This document shows, piece by piece, positions 1-13,185 of a stretch of 64,000 bases of DNA (positions are counted from its first letter, which is position 1; each line of letters opens with the position of its first letter). Source of the stretch: Phoronis australis (Eukaryota > Animalia > Phoronida); assembly GCA_002633005.1 (NCBI GenBank), contig NMRA01000298.1, positions 233,887-297,886 on the forward strand. The letters are read 5' to 3'. Below the pieces are notes generated by a model that was not told the DNA's origin, did not search any database, and worked only from the letters and a program-made list of their open reading frames with translations. The position numbers were made by a program, and so were the translations under genes.

Positions 1-420
1 TTACATTTGGAGGTCTCTAGCAGGCCCAACTCGGGAGTTTACTTTTTTTTCTGCCATAGCCTACAAGTGCATGTTCAGAAATATTTTTCATGTTTTTTTA
101 ATGTGTACCTTCAATGACTAATTGGCAGCCACCCGGTCTTAAAAATAGTTCTGTTTGAGAAAGTGTTGTAGAAAGCGAGATCCTTCTCCAACCAATAATC
201 ATCCGACCTCTCATTCCCTCAACGTGTACATACAAACAGCCGCATTTGACTGACTACACAGAGAAATAGTGCTTTGCCCATTTCTCTCATGCTCAAGTCT
301 CGTGCCCACACGCCTACTTCATGGGGTTTCTCGGCACGTGCATTACATGTAGCAAAGCAAAACACAATGTTTCAAAGAAACTAACAATACGCACACACCA
401 CTGATTAAAATGAAACTCAC

Positions 421-619
421 CTTGGCCTGGACGATAATCATCTCTTGCCTTGCCCTTATACCACGCTATCTCTATTTTTCCTGGAGAGGGACACTCTTGG
501 TCGTTAAAGGTAAAGAACCATCGAGAGCAACAACCGCCGCAGTTGTAACCTGCGCGAATGACACCGCGGAATTTCACCCTCAACGAAGTGTAAGAGTATT
601 GCTTCTTGAAGGTCCTTGT
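421..619 (-). CDS. Copy A exon 4, CTHRC1 domain 1 core
   Basis: TRTFKKQYSYTSLRVKFRG...CGGCCSRWFFTFNDQECPSPGKIE; tttcag acceptor, gtgag donor. Confidence 0.88.
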
Positions 620-3600
620 CTGAAACATTGGCAGCAATTCGATAAAGTATAGCGGACTATATGTGCAGCACGTTTTTCTAGCTCCTGAACAAAGAAGTCT
701 TATATGTATCTAAAGCGAAATCCAGTCACTACAAATCAAATATAAGCGGAACATTAGAACTGGTTCGGATACCTCAAGATTTACGCTCACTATGAAATTA
801 CTAGACTTTCCTTTCAGAAATCAAACTTACCATTAAAACTCCGTTGTCGGTTCCACTACCGTAATTGGTGTAATAATAGTGTCGGATATTGGCAACCGGA
901 ATTTCATCACATTCTTTGAAAGGGGCTGTGTTTGAGAAGAGAGCTATTAGTGAAATAATGAAATTGGTTGACACACCACGAGTTTGTTTTAGAGCAGTAA
1001 GCGTACTAACTTGTGGATCTAGGATATCGCTAGCCTTAGTACAAAGTTGTTTAATAAGCATACAGATTTGCACAGACGTGGGTAAAAAAGTGGTAAGATA
1101 AAATTTGACGGGAAGTTAATCTCAATAAAAAGTACAATCTTCGTTGAGTAAACTAAATTATTTAACAGTGTTGGAAAAAATGGCGTTCTACCGTTATTCT
1201 GCTGCTAAAGTTGTGAAGCGAGCTTTAGCGACGGCGTTCGGTGACATGAAATATTGCGTCACCTATTGGCCAGTTTATTTTTTCGCCTATTTTTCAATCA
1301 GTCGTTGCTCTGTCACGAGCTTGCATACACGTCCCAAAAATTATTGGAACTGGTTTCACTTCATTTTAAGTTTTTAGAAATTTGGTATCGAAAACCTTAA
1401 TTTCAGAACAACTTGCTGCTTCAAAGTTGTCGCAAAAAATTAGGAAATGGCGCGTGCTTGTGACACGAGCGTACTGTTTTCAAAATGACGACATACTTTT
1501 CATTGTTAGAAAAGGCAGAGAGTCACGCGAGAAAATGACGTTTGTTGTATTGTATTGCTTATCACTTAAACGGCTCTAACAGGCAAGGTGGGTGTCGGTT
1601 GATTCCCAGATTTAGCATGCGTCCCGTCTGGTCTTTAGCTCTACATGTTGATACAAGTTTCACGGCGAGGTGACGAGCAGAACAACACTGGCTGTATGCA
1701 ATATCCGGGTTTACGGAAAAAATACACACAATGGTACCTAGCTGTATTTTGACGACTGTCTTCATACAGCTAGATGGCTGGCTAGAAAAGCGCAATCGCA
1801 AGGGGGCCCAACTTCACTTTTTCTTGTATAGCGTCCACATTTAACTTTAAAAAGGCGTTCTACTTCTTCGTTTAGTTAGACCCAAGAGCAGTGCCCCTAA
1901 ACTAAGCCAGCCAGCTTTCTGTATGAAGACTTTAGTCAAAGTACAGCTATGTACGAAATAGCGTTTAAGTCTGGCTTAACGGTATTAAAATTCTAAGAAC
2001 TTATAATGAAGTAAAACTAGTTCCGATAATTTGTGCTCGCACCTCGTGAAAGAAAAACATGAAACAGTTCATCGGCGAAATAAGAAACTGGCCAATAGGT
2101 GACGCTATATTTCACGGAGCCGAAAGCCGACGCATAAGATCGCTTCAGAACTTTAGCTGCTGAATAACGGCACATCGCCAATTTTTCCAACACCGTTAAA
2201 TAATTTAGTTTACTGAAGGAAGACTGTAGTTTTTGATAACACCAATTTCGTGACATATTTTATCTTCCCACTTGTTTACCAACTTTGGCGCAAAGTTGTA
2301 TACATGTATCTTTTATAGAGCTTTGTTCCAGTGCTACCCTAAACCCACCTAGAAGACACATTTTCATGTAAGTTAGCCAAAGTTTATTTCATTGACCACG
2401 CTTGCTATTAGGTTTAAGGCCTCGGACACGTGTGACAACCTGTAGTGGTTGGCGACTTCGTAAGTTCTTGCAGTATTGAGTAGGAAAAATGCAAGATGAC
2501 TAAGGCTACGCAAGAAGTTTAGCTACCATATTCAGACAAGTCAGCAGATTGTCTGATCCTAAAAACTACGGAAACACACGCTGCAATAAAACGACTTGCT
2601 GTTTTATGTGCAGACAAAAGTGAGCAAAATAAAGATTGTGTAAATATTAACAAAAAACGCGTGATTAAGTCGACAATGTTGATGGTACCTTGACGTTGGA
2701 CAGAGGTCAAACTTGGTTAAAAAATTGCGAAGACAAAAGTTAGCCACAATTCTTCGCAGCGTTTGCAAGAGTCTTTCCAAGATATCGTCATGTATTATAA
2801 GCAAAACACTTGAGTTCTACTCTCGAATACATGGCATTATTGACAGGGCCGAGGACGCTGCATCAGAAAATGTCCCTTGTGTTTCATACAAACTCTATCT
2901 TACCGACGCAGACTCCCACATTTTTAGTACAGTCTTTCGTACAAGCCTGGTCTCCACTTGCGCAGTTGGCGTTAGCGCACTCGCTGCTTGTGTCCTCTTT
3001 GTTGTTGATGTTTCCCTGAAAACAAGAAAGGTTTATGTCTACAATTTACGTGACTATAATAAACATGTTTTGGAGGAAACGTTAATACCAGTTATCTCAC
3101 GCTTTTGATTGACTTCCCATTTTCGCTAAGTTTTTTTCCTACGCAGCTTGATTTAGGGTGTTTGGGGGTGTTTAGGGTGTTTGGGGGTGTTTAGGGTGTT
3201 GCCACTACGAGCACAACCATAAATTAAAAATCTGTTGAGATCAGTTTTTCCAGGGATATTTTGCAACGACAGTTGTAGTTGATAGTGCGTAAATTAAAAA
3301 AAAAAACGACAATAGCGTTTATCGAGTCACACGAACACTCGCTACCCGACAATTACTGTGTGTATTTGAAGACCGAAACGTTCCAGATATATAACACATA
3401 CTCTGTCTGATTCAAAGTTGCCGATTCTTATCCTTCTCCTAGTATTCCCGCCCTCAGTCCCGCTTTGCCCTCTTGACTCCATCTGGTGGTAGCTTTCCTG
3501 GGAGAAGTAACACATTGCAGTATCTTCTTCGTAATAAGCCGAGATGCAAGCTGAATCTCTCCTGCAGTACACCGCACATTCCAAGTGGCTTCTAATGCCA

Positions 3601-3776
3601 CTTTTTTTCCTATAGAGTTTCGGTGAAAACGAACCAGATATATTCGAAATAGCAGCAGTAAATCCAGGCCTTAACGCAGAGCAGGTGTCGATTGTTTCGG
3701 CAAATAATGTTTCGGAAACAGACCCGCAAACAAAGCAGATAAAAATAGCTGCGATAATGATGCAACGTGTCTTCAT
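421..3776 (-). CDS. Copy A (coding exons 1-4; remainder lies left of the window): paralog of copy C
   Basis: Exons 3776-3402, 3015-2904, 925-831, 619-421, with GT-AG boundaries. Exon 2-4 lengths (112/95/199 nt) are identical to copies C and D. Confidence 0.85.
831..925 (-). CDS. Copy A exon 3
   Basis: (A)PFKECDEIPVANIRHYYYTNYGSGTDNGVLM; cacag acceptor, gtaagt donor. Confidence 0.85.
1031..1784 (+). mobile_element. Dispersed ~750-bp repeat with TAGCC...GGCTA ends (Academ-like, tentative), copy 1
   Basis: Homologous to five other copies in the window; imperfect terminal inverted repeats. Confidence 0.65.
1903..2336 (-). mobile_element. Same family, inverted internally deleted copy
   Basis: Reverse complement of both ends of 1031-1784; the shared pseudo-peptide SKLNYLTVLEK appears in the ORF track. 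Confidence 0.6.
2904..3015 (-). CDS. Copy A exon 2, Cys-rich module
   Basis: GNINNKEDTSSECANANCASGDQACTKDCTKNVGVCV. Not in the ORF track; found by homology to 38615-38726. Confidence 0.85.
3152..3200 (+). repeat. 19-bp G-rich minisatellite (TTTAGGGTGTTTGGGGGTG x2.5)
   Basis: Direct reading. Confidence 0.75.
3402..3776 (-). CDS. Copy A first coding exon: signal peptide + PAN/apple-like domain
   Basis: Hydrophobic N-terminus MKTRCIIIAAIFICFVCGSVS; PAN-like SHLECAVYC..DSACISAYY......CYFS; donor gtatgt. Confidence 0.82.
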
Positions 3777-3943
3777 CTTACTGTAGGCAACGAAAATATG
3801 AGGTGTCAACCTGCAATTAACTAAAATATTTCACGTTCACACAATACTGTTATTGATCAGCGATAAGATTGGTACATCGAGTAGTAACCTGCATCGATTA
3901 TTCGTTGAATGTACAGCAGGGTCAGATTGATCTTGAGCTGGTG

Positions 3944-4675
3944 TAGCCTTGGTATAAAGTTGTATACTAAATATACAGCTTTGCGTCGATGTGGGCAAAC
4001 ATGGCCAGATAGAAATGACGCAAAATTAGTATCATTAAAAACTACACACTTATTTGAGTAAATAAATTATTTTCTGGTTTTTGAAAAAGTTGAGGCTCTA
4101 CCGTTATTCTGCTACTAAGGTTATGGAGCGATCTTCTGCGTCGGCTTTCGGCGCCATGAATTATTACGTCACCTATTGGCTAGTTTCTTTTTTGCCGATT
4201 CTTCAATCAACTGTTGGACTTTCACGAGGGTGCGAACACGTCACAACAAATTATCGGATCTGGTTTCATTTCATTATAAGTTTTTTAGAATTTTGATACC
4301 CATAAATCAAATTTCAGTAAAAATTTTGCTGCTGCCGAGCTATCATCATTTCCCGAGAGATGTTGCAAAAATTTACAAAATGGCACTGCGCGTGTCACGA
4401 GCGTAGAGTTTTCAGACGCTGGCATAACTTTTCTTTGTTAGACATTTATCAAATGAAACGGCTATAACGGGCAACGTGAGTGTCGTTTAATTTCCAGGTT
4501 TTGCATGCACCCCGTCCGGTCTTAGCTCTACATGTTGATACAGGTTTTACGGCAAGTTGACGAGCAGAACTACTCTAGCTGCGAGCAACTTCGGGGTCTC
4601 TGGGAGAAAAACACAATGGTACATGTACCTAGCTGTATTTTGACGATAGTCTTTATACAGCTTGCTGGCTGGCTG
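3944..4675 (+). mobile_element. Same family, copy 3
   Basis: tagccttggtataaagttgtat start; agctgtattttgacgatagtc...gctggctggct end. Confidence 0.65.
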
Positions 4676-6906
4676 GAGCAAAGATAGTTAAAGTGGTTTA
4701 CGTTAGAGACTGGTGATTGGTTATCCACAATTCTGGGGCCGACATAGCTTGAGAGACAATGCAAAGAATTGAAGTGATGTTTTCGGTATTGTACAAACGA
4801 GTCACGTCTGCGTTGCGAGTTTGGTATATAAATGAGTTCCACGCGCAAAATAATAAATTGAAAGCACAATAAAAGGGGGATGCCTTAAAAAGTGTTTTCT
4901 ATCACTTTAGACCAAGTAGTCACCCTTGAAAATAGCAAGTTCAGTTTTTAATTCTGGCACTGGGCGGATGAGGTGTCTAAAATCACTAATGAAGTCATAG
5001 GTTCGAACACAGTGTGTTCAGAAGTTCACAGCACGCTTCCTGGTGTCAGCTCATCGCTTAACCTCATCGCTTTACTGCCCTAAATCATCAAAATTTGATG
5101 CTAAACCTTTATGAATACGTTGAGTTTTTAAACAAAAGAGTTGTTTTATTTCGTTGTTGCGGATTTATAAAAGTTTTGAACGCCTAGCACAGTAGCCTAC
5201 AAAGATCGGTTGGCCAGCTTACCGAGGTTGGAGGGCAGCTTGGATCATTTTTGGTGATAAATTAGAAGTATTCTTCCGTGATATTCAGACATGAGAGCAT
5301 AGCCGTGTGTTGTCATTTTAGGCTTATGGATTGTTCACTAGGTCTAAAGCCCAGTAAACGTTATTAAGTGTAACTGAGTGACTCGGAACCCGATTGGGAC
5401 GTATCGCCAGGATCTGTTGTACTTGGCTCATGCAGGGCCCATGAAGGTCCAGGTATTGTTTAACTTGGGAAATCCATGCGACACGCGTAAGCGCGTCGTA
5501 TGGTTGTCACCATTGTTTTCCTTTGGTGCGTCCTAGTTGGTTATACATGTAACAATTCAGGTAACAGGGATTTCGTACCTTGGGTGCAAATCATTCGGTT
5601 ACCGATAAATGCTTACAGTCATCTCTATTACAAGAAAGAAAAAAGTGAACAATGGATACGCATACATGTACATGTAACTACCGATATCTATGCGACAAGT
5701 TCGCGTCCTAAAGGGTAGTTTCACGTATGTCAGATTTACTTTAGCATTAATAAAACTAAAGCTGCGTTTGACCCGTATTAGCCTAGATTTAAGTATGATA
5801 AGGATATTGGACCTTTAACTGTATGTAAAACGTGTCTTTTGTGTCACTTTGTAGGGAAGCCGACATTAGCTATCTCCGATTCCAGCTTTTGCTAAACCAT
5901 TTAGTCCTAACGATTTTGTTATATGTTTAAGGGCATTTCGTGACAATATAAGCGGAAACCAGTACATTGGTACTTATTGGCAATGATTAGTCATTCCACG
6001 CCTTTTTAAACAGACCAGCTGAAATGAAGGCTTTTGTTGAATTCCTTACATTGATTGGCCAGTTTTTGTCAATTCAGTTTGACCAGAGATCAATATTGCA
6101 CCACATTGTCCACATGCTGATGATTGACCACATGTTTCAAGCGAGTCACGGGAGTGTATGCCGTTGAATGATGTCAATAATGTTAAAAACAGTTTCTTAC
6201 TGTACATCATTTTAATTTCAAAAAGTACCAATGGGTGTTCATTGGTGATTTCTTTAAGTTTTGATATTTTGTTGTTGCCAATTATGAATCGGAATGAAAA
6301 AAGCGAGAATCTCCAAATGTTTTTTCCGCTACAGCCACCTAAACGCAGGTTTCTTGATTTTCTAATTTCGGTGTACATTGTAATTATAAGCTTAGCTTTT
6401 GATTTCAGCACAAAATGTAATACCGTTTTTTTAATCGATTTGTTTTGATACACATTATTTCTTCAGCGAAATAAATAATAGATGTCCACCAAATTTACTT
6501 TGGAGCAATTTCACTTCAAACAACATCACATGAGCCTTCCCAATATACCACGATTATCCCCAATTCACTAGAGGTTACGTTGTTGCAAATTAGTGAAATA
6601 ATTTAAAAGGGGACTGTAGTCAAAATAATGTTGCAGTTAATCGGTTCTAACATACAAATAAAACTCACATTTGCCTGACTTGCGTGCCAAACTAAAGCCA
6701 ATTCGAATTCATGGTCAAAACACTGAATTCTGAAAGCGATCACTGATTGGCTGTTGTGTCAGTGACGTGAACGGCGGGGTATCGGCTGTTTTACACATCC
6801 ATTGCTTATGTCATATTTGAAGAGTTTACATGGTAATTTATCATTGTATCAATCGTCCTTATTTCTTATTTTTTATTGTTTGCCACAGTGCTGTAAAAGG
6901 TTCGCT

Positions 6907-6990
6907 ATGCCTTTTTGTATGGCACCTGGTTGCTCAAACTCTTCGAAAAAGGCGTCTTCTAAAGGGATGGTCATCGCATACCATCGCCGG
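6907..6990 (+). pseudogene. THAP zinc-finger N-terminal fragment (transposase remnant)
   Basis: MPFCMAPGCSNSSKK....IAYHR resembles the THAP start (C-x4-C-x-N ... [FY]HRFP); truncated where a second element is inserted. Confidence 0.6.
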
Positions 6991-6992
6991 GT

Positions 6993-7877
6993 TACCCAAG
7001 CCTTGGCCCAAAGCTCAGTGTAGATATGGGCCTACAGGTTTTAGCCGATATGGGTAAAAAATGTACAAATAAAATCTGACTCAAATAAATGTCCTTAAAA
7101 CTAAGTCATCCTTGAGTAAACCTAGGAACCAGGTTCCTAGAGTAAACTAACTTCTGTATTTACCGGTGTTGGAAATGTTAGCGATCGTTCATCGGCTGGT
7201 GCTAGTAAAATTGTGATGTGTTTTCTTGAGTCGGCTTTTTGCGATTACGTCACCTGACCTTTACCAGTTTCTTTTCCCCCTGATTCTTTTATCATGTGTT
7301 CGTCGCTGACGGTACCTAGGTTGCGTACATGTTATAACAAATTATCGGAGCTTGTTTCATTTTGTTTCAAGTTTTTAGTATTTTTACACCAGCAAACCGA
7401 ATTTTAGAACAACCTTGGTGCTGCGAAGCTGTTATCATGTCCCGAAAGACGTCTCAAATTTTTATGAAATGGCGCGTGCGCCGTGTCACGAGCGTGCTGT
7501 TCTTGAAACGGACGACACACTTCTTTGTTAAAAAGGCGGCAAATTATGCTACCAAAGGACGTTTATTTGATTGTTTTCCACTTAAACGGCTGCAACGAAC
7601 AATGGAAGTGTCGGGTGACTATATCAGATTTTGCATGCGCCCCCGCCGGTCCGTTAGCTTTATATGTTGATGTAGCCTAAGTTTTACGACGAGGTGACGA
7701 GCATAACTGAGTCAACTATACCCGGGTAGTCAACGGCTGTCTGAAATTTCGGGGTTAACGGAGCTCAACACACAGTGGTACGATAGTCTTCATACAGCTA
7801 CAGTAGGTAACCTACCAACCCTTCAAGTTTACAGAGCTGCCGGAGTATTGGCTGACAGCTGGCTGACTGGATGGCTA
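6993..7877 (+). mobile_element. Same family, copy nested in the Kolobok-like element
   Basis: Homology with 1031-1784; interrupts the THAP frame. Confidence 0.6.
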
Positions 7878-8431
7878 GAGTCCACATTGCCCTCGGCGCA
7901 GTCACTGGCACCAGTTGCACCGGCAAATGTTCGTCTGACGATGACGATGACTGGGTATCCCTTTGTGTTGCCTCGGCTTAAACAGGTATCCCTGGTGACC
8001 CGACATTTCACACTAAAATTTCTTATTCCGACAATATGAAGAACGCTAATTGATTGCACGCTAACACAGGACAGTGACTTTGCCCCCGCCAAATACGTCA
8101 CGAGACTAAGCAGCGCTCCAAGCCGGTAAATTTTTTAGCTTCTTTAGAGAATATAAGTTTAATTTTTGGTGTTGAATTATTTGTGAAATTAATCAACAAT
8201 TCATAGAAAACTATCCAGAATTTATTCAGAATAAATTACAGTTCCCTTTTAAGATGTAGGACAATAAATTTTGCCTTTAACAAATTTAAAATAGCCGTTT
8301 GGATTGAGTCACAAGTAATCAGTTCACTTGGACTTGCCTATTGTTCAATACGATTCTATTATGAGCTTTTACGTCGCAAGGTAATATTAGATGCCTTAAT
8401 AGGACGAAGTTGAAGTAATATAGCCATTTTC

Positions 8432-9032
8432 TATGATGGGCCGTTGGGGGGAAAGTGTCGCTGGAAAAATACGAGCGTAATTGTGTACATTACGCCGTTA
8501 TTTTCGCCGTTATTTACACCGTAAAATTAAGAGCGTAATTTAATTCTTTACGGCGTAAAATTACGCTCTTATTTAGTTTAAAATCTTAGCCAATGACGTT
8601 GGGTTTTACAATCCACGATCGCGCGCGCTCATGGAAATACTTATTTACTGACGAATTTCATGTCTACGATACGAGCGCTGAATCATGGAAGATCAAATCG
8701 CTGCTGCCATGTCAGCGATTGTACAAGAACGAGCTGCCCAGCAACAGTCGTGTATGTTAAGTCATCACCGATTGGTTTCAATTTGGAACGTTTTAAAGTT
8801 ATTTTACGAGAGTAAGTTACTGCGACATTTCCCCTTTTTAATTTACGGGCGTAATTTTACTGCAACACCTTTGCAATTTAACTTACGCTCGTAATACGAG
8901 CGTAATTTTACGGCGAATCTTTTCCCCATTTAATTTACGAGCGTAAGTGTACGGCGATACTCCTGCAATTTAATTTACGCTCGTACATAATTATATTTTA
9001 CGGCGACACTTTCCCTTCCACGGCCCACCATA
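8432..9032. mobile_element. MITE with ~30-bp TIRs and internal TTACG-x-CGTAA repeats
   Basis: tatgatgggccgttggggggaaagtgtcgc versus gcgacactttcccttccacggcccaccata. Confidence 0.7.
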
Positions 9033-12000
9033 ATTCTTAAGTTAAAGAATCTGTTATTTGAAAGCAAACAATTTAGGTGAGTTCATGCCATAAAAATGTC
9101 ACTGCTTTAAAGCTTTTTGGCTAATCGGGTCGAACCATTAATTTGCGTTTATTACCGATAATACAGATAACATAGGAGTATCGGACTATACCCTATAGTC
9201 GAGAAAACTAACAAAGATTCAAATCGAAAGCAAGTAATGGTGAGATAAAAACGCATTTGTTAAGTACTATTCACACCGCCAAACAATATGCCAACTCAGC
9301 TTTATTAAACTAAACTCTTAACAACTCATATACATTTCCAATTAGGTAACAAGAGAGACGGAATCGAGTAACAGCCAACTGTGAGGGATGCAGTCAAACG
9401 TTATGTTTATCCGTAAGGTCAATATAAGGAGAGCATTTGCGTCACTTTCTCAAACTGCACGTGCGTTAGTTTACGGTGAAGACTTCGCTGACTACCAGAC
9501 GAAAGCTAGAATCTCAGCAGGTTTGAGCGTCGTTGTAGCTGTAACCTGGACACGTCTGTGCGTATAGCCGTATATTGTAGCTTTCTGCTCGAAAGTCGCA
9601 CAACCCGCCAACTGAAAAAGATGTAGCCATCAGATGTGCATATCATGGTGAAAATCAAAGGCTCGTCCCTCGTTATCTTAAGCTCATGGAGGATGTAGCC
9701 GAATATCTACAATACCATCAATTTTAACGTAGGAAATGTCTACATTTTCTGAAAATAGAAAACCGGATTTTTACCAATCTGCCATTAGCTTAGTGACGTC
9801 ATAATTTATATTTAGTAAAATTTAGCAAAGAGGACGATACTATGATAGCAAAATAACGGTATCAATAACTTGATTACAGTGATATTTACTGTCAAGATGA
9901 GATCTCAGAAACCCTGTTTAACGTTTTTAAATTGCCATTTGTTTTCGTTCCCGATGCAAAATCTGATCTTTTTCATAAAAATAGTAAACGTGTTGATATC
10001 TCTTCATGCAAAAGCAGAAGATTTTAAGTACATTTTCTACCACATCTTAGAAGAACAGTGCATTTTTCTAGAATTCTAATTAACCGTCAGCCAATACATG
10101 AACCCGTATATATACTAAATTAACAGGCCTTGGCAGGGGGATCATCGGCCTACCTCATCAGTTGTTACGAAAGCTATTGTAATCAACAGACGTATGGTTT
10201 GCTTAGTAACATTTTCGTATTAACAAGTAACCATGACCAAAGCTATATCAACACAGTGTCACTAAATACCCGTTTCAACTACAGACAATTACTCCAGTGA
10301 CGCTGTAGGATTACACTTTCCCTGTCCAGCTACACTATAATTAATCCCAGTGAAGACTGAATGATTTCCAATGACGTTCACCTTCACCAATTTAATGGTC
10401 ATCACATTTGTAAACAACTTAATTAAAGAAGTCAATGTAGCTGGGCAAAGCACCTGAACGATAGTAGAACAAAGATTGTGAACTGTGCATTCGATGTGAG
10501 TTGAGAAGTAATGAAAAGTTTTCAGCTTAAGCAGACAATTAAGTATCTACGGAACAATTGCTCAGAATGAGAAGAAAGGTAGCTTAATGCGGTGAACCAA
10601 TGCATTAGGCATTTGACCACGAAAACTTGTTTCAAAGCCAGGGTAGGTGTGGCCAACCGGTGAGTGAAGCCTACCTCAGCACATGTTTGTTAAGTTACAA
10701 ATTTCAACAAAAATACAAATGCAATCTACTGAAACCCAGTAATTAGTTGATGACGGCACAAGTATTCATGTAAGCCCTGCAGTTGTATTGAGCTGGTCCA
10801 ATGACTCATACTAAAACATTCAAAATAGCGTGGACCCAGAACCATGACCTGAAAGTCTGCCAATGAAAAGACAGTGAAGGCAAAGGGTAGATGAAAACCA
10901 GGACCGAACTCTTTGTAAGCAAAAATCGATTCACATTCATGTAATTGCAATGTACATGTACGGCGTTTTGAAGGATAATTATGCTACCAAAAATTCAATT
11001 TAGGCTTATACACACAAAATGATTCGGTTCCCCACTTCTTCACAATAAGCACATCACCCGTGGTATGGTCCGTTATATAATTGGAAGGGCTTCCGCTTCA
11101 TTTAATCTATATATAGTGTTAAATACTATTATCAATTATACAGATGTTGTAATCAGCTTTAATCCTGCTGCAAACAGCGTTATTGATTTAAAGATCAAGG
11201 CGATGTGGTGACTCGATCATGTATGGATTTCGCATTAATTCAAAAAAATCACGCAGCGGCCTTGGCCACTTCAGACTATGTGAACTTATTTTTCCTCGGA
11301 AACTTTGGTTGGATACTCTACCTAAACAATGCTCAGCGAACTTTTCAATTAAAGCTTTTCTAAGACCCAGAGAATTCAGCCCACAGCACAAGTCAAAGCG
11401 TATAATAAGTCAGCGGCTGAAGGAACTAGCCAGAATGCCATAAGAGACTGATATTTTGCTGGCGAGTAAGAGGCATTGAACGATAAGCTTACATGAACAT
11501 GTAGCTTCCTGTCACTCGAGGTAGCTGACTGAGCGCGTAGTTCTTTATCTGTCTCCTGCCTTATTCAATGAAATATAATTGAACCAATTTTCAAATTTAT
11601 TAATGCAGAATTGATCGCACTTACACGACGAAGTATGGTGTTGGTTATCGTCGACATTCTCTGTTCTATGGAACTGTCCTTGGTAGACAATAGTAGCAAT
11701 TTTTGCAGGCGTTTAGCATTCAGCTCATTTAAAGTTCAGATACCAACGGGCGCAACAGGGAGAGCCGTGAGTTTACTAATATTGTCGTAAGTCACCGTTT
11801 TACAGAACAGATTGTAGACTTTGAGATGACTTCTAATAATAGGTGAACCACTACGTGGAGTATATAAAAACACATACTCCTATAAGTAACATTACATTCA
11901 ACAATTTCTGGCAACGTAGGCCCATACTCCCCATAACCAAGTTGATGGGAACACCAGAGCAACTTCTACATCTTACTAGCAATTGCCAGTTAACCAAAGA

Positions 12001-12076
12001 CCAGAAAAACTTAGAAACTTGAGCAGCCTTCGTACAGCATATTAATTAAATCAGTTTTTGGCCACACTAAGATTAA

Positions 12077-12588
12077 AAACCGGACGATCTCCGCACAAAC
12101 TAAAAAGTCCATGTTAAATCAACGCTTCGTCTATTCATTAGATATCATCAGGATCGTATTGACAACAATTTAGGACCACGAGTGCCAACATACAGCTCAG
12201 GTAACATTCATAAAGTGAAGTGAGAGATACAGGGATTATAGTCATCACCATAGTTGCATTGACTTAGCAACAATCACCAAGCCAATTCAGTTACATTATC
12301 TGCAGCGAACTGTTACTGTACATTAAAGAGACATTGGCCATTCAAAACCAGCACGCCACTGATTCTCTGAATAACATGCAGTGCTCAGTGACCCTGCAAC
12401 TATGGTGATGACCAGCTACTGTCTATATTTCCCGTATCTTTCACTTCACTGTATGGATGTTACCTGAGCTTTATGTTGGCACTTGTTGTTCTAAATTGTT
12501 GTAAATTTGATCCTGGTGATGTCTAATGAATATACAAAACGTTGATTTAACAAGAACTCGTTTTATTTGTGCGGCGATCGTCCGGTTT
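12077..12588. mobile_element. Foldback element with ~180-bp inverted arms
   Basis: 12077-12258 is the imperfect reverse complement of 12396-12588. Confidence 0.72.
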
Positions 12589-13185
12589 CGTACAGTACAT
12601 GTATGTACATAGATAATGTATAGTTCTGTCAAGAGATCTACAAAATTTCGCAAAACTGTACCGCCCTTTATACCACATGAACAGCCTGACATGGCCAATA
12701 CAACCGTTAAATAACCCATTTAGTTATCGTACCGACATTTATACCGTGTGAAAAATACGACGCACAATTTCAATAAAAACGACATTCATAATTCAGTTAA
12801 ATTGAACTGTCATTTGTCTCCTTTGTAAATCATCGATCTCCATATTAAATGCGTGTAACATGTCGTAGGCCATTGTTTGACTTGGCCTAGTAATCAGTAA
12901 CTAGCTGTAACCTACTTTATCCAACGATATTTTAACAGTGGAAGCTTAGCACCATGAGTTAAGTACCAAACTAGACTACAGTAGTTGCTGAAAACTTATT
13001 TTATAGATTCGCTGTATTTCGATTTTATTTAAAATTTCTTTTCACTTGGTTGTGAGTAAAAGCATTAATTTACGAAGAATAACTCGCCGTTTCTTATTAG
13101 GTCACGACTTCCGACCCCGTAGTTACAAAGCCGGAGCGAGTCGAGAAAGGTAGACCGGTTCATTTCAATTTTTTATCGTTCGCGT

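Larger units (their letters stand above)
6607..8248 (+). mobile_element. Kolobok-like non-autonomous DNA transposon with THAP remnant
   Basis: TIR AAGGG(G/A)ACTGTA(G/A)T; TTAA on both sides (6603-6606, 8249-8252); a single TTAA at the homologous empty site near copy C (24494-24497). Confidence 0.75.

Noticed and set aside
410-652. Plus-strand ORF with a signal-peptide-like start
   Set aside because: It is the antisense shadow of exon 4 of copy A and is not conserved as an ORF opposite the C and D exons.
1738-1785. Helitron 3' end (hairpin followed by CTAG)
   Set aside because: The CTAG is not followed by T and is not kept in sibling copies; the two ends of the family are inverted repeats of each other.
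1144-4869. Recurring similar ORFs (MSKLNYLTVLEK..., YSAAKV..., SSQP.SC.KT.VKIQLGT) as a small-protein family
   Set aside because: They are translations of a dispersed non-coding repeat; frames, starts and stops are not conserved between copies.
6046-6453. 135-aa ORF with C..C motifs, possibly a transposase tail
   Set aside because: No convincing catalytic motif; part of it aligns as non-coding flank with 24220-24350.
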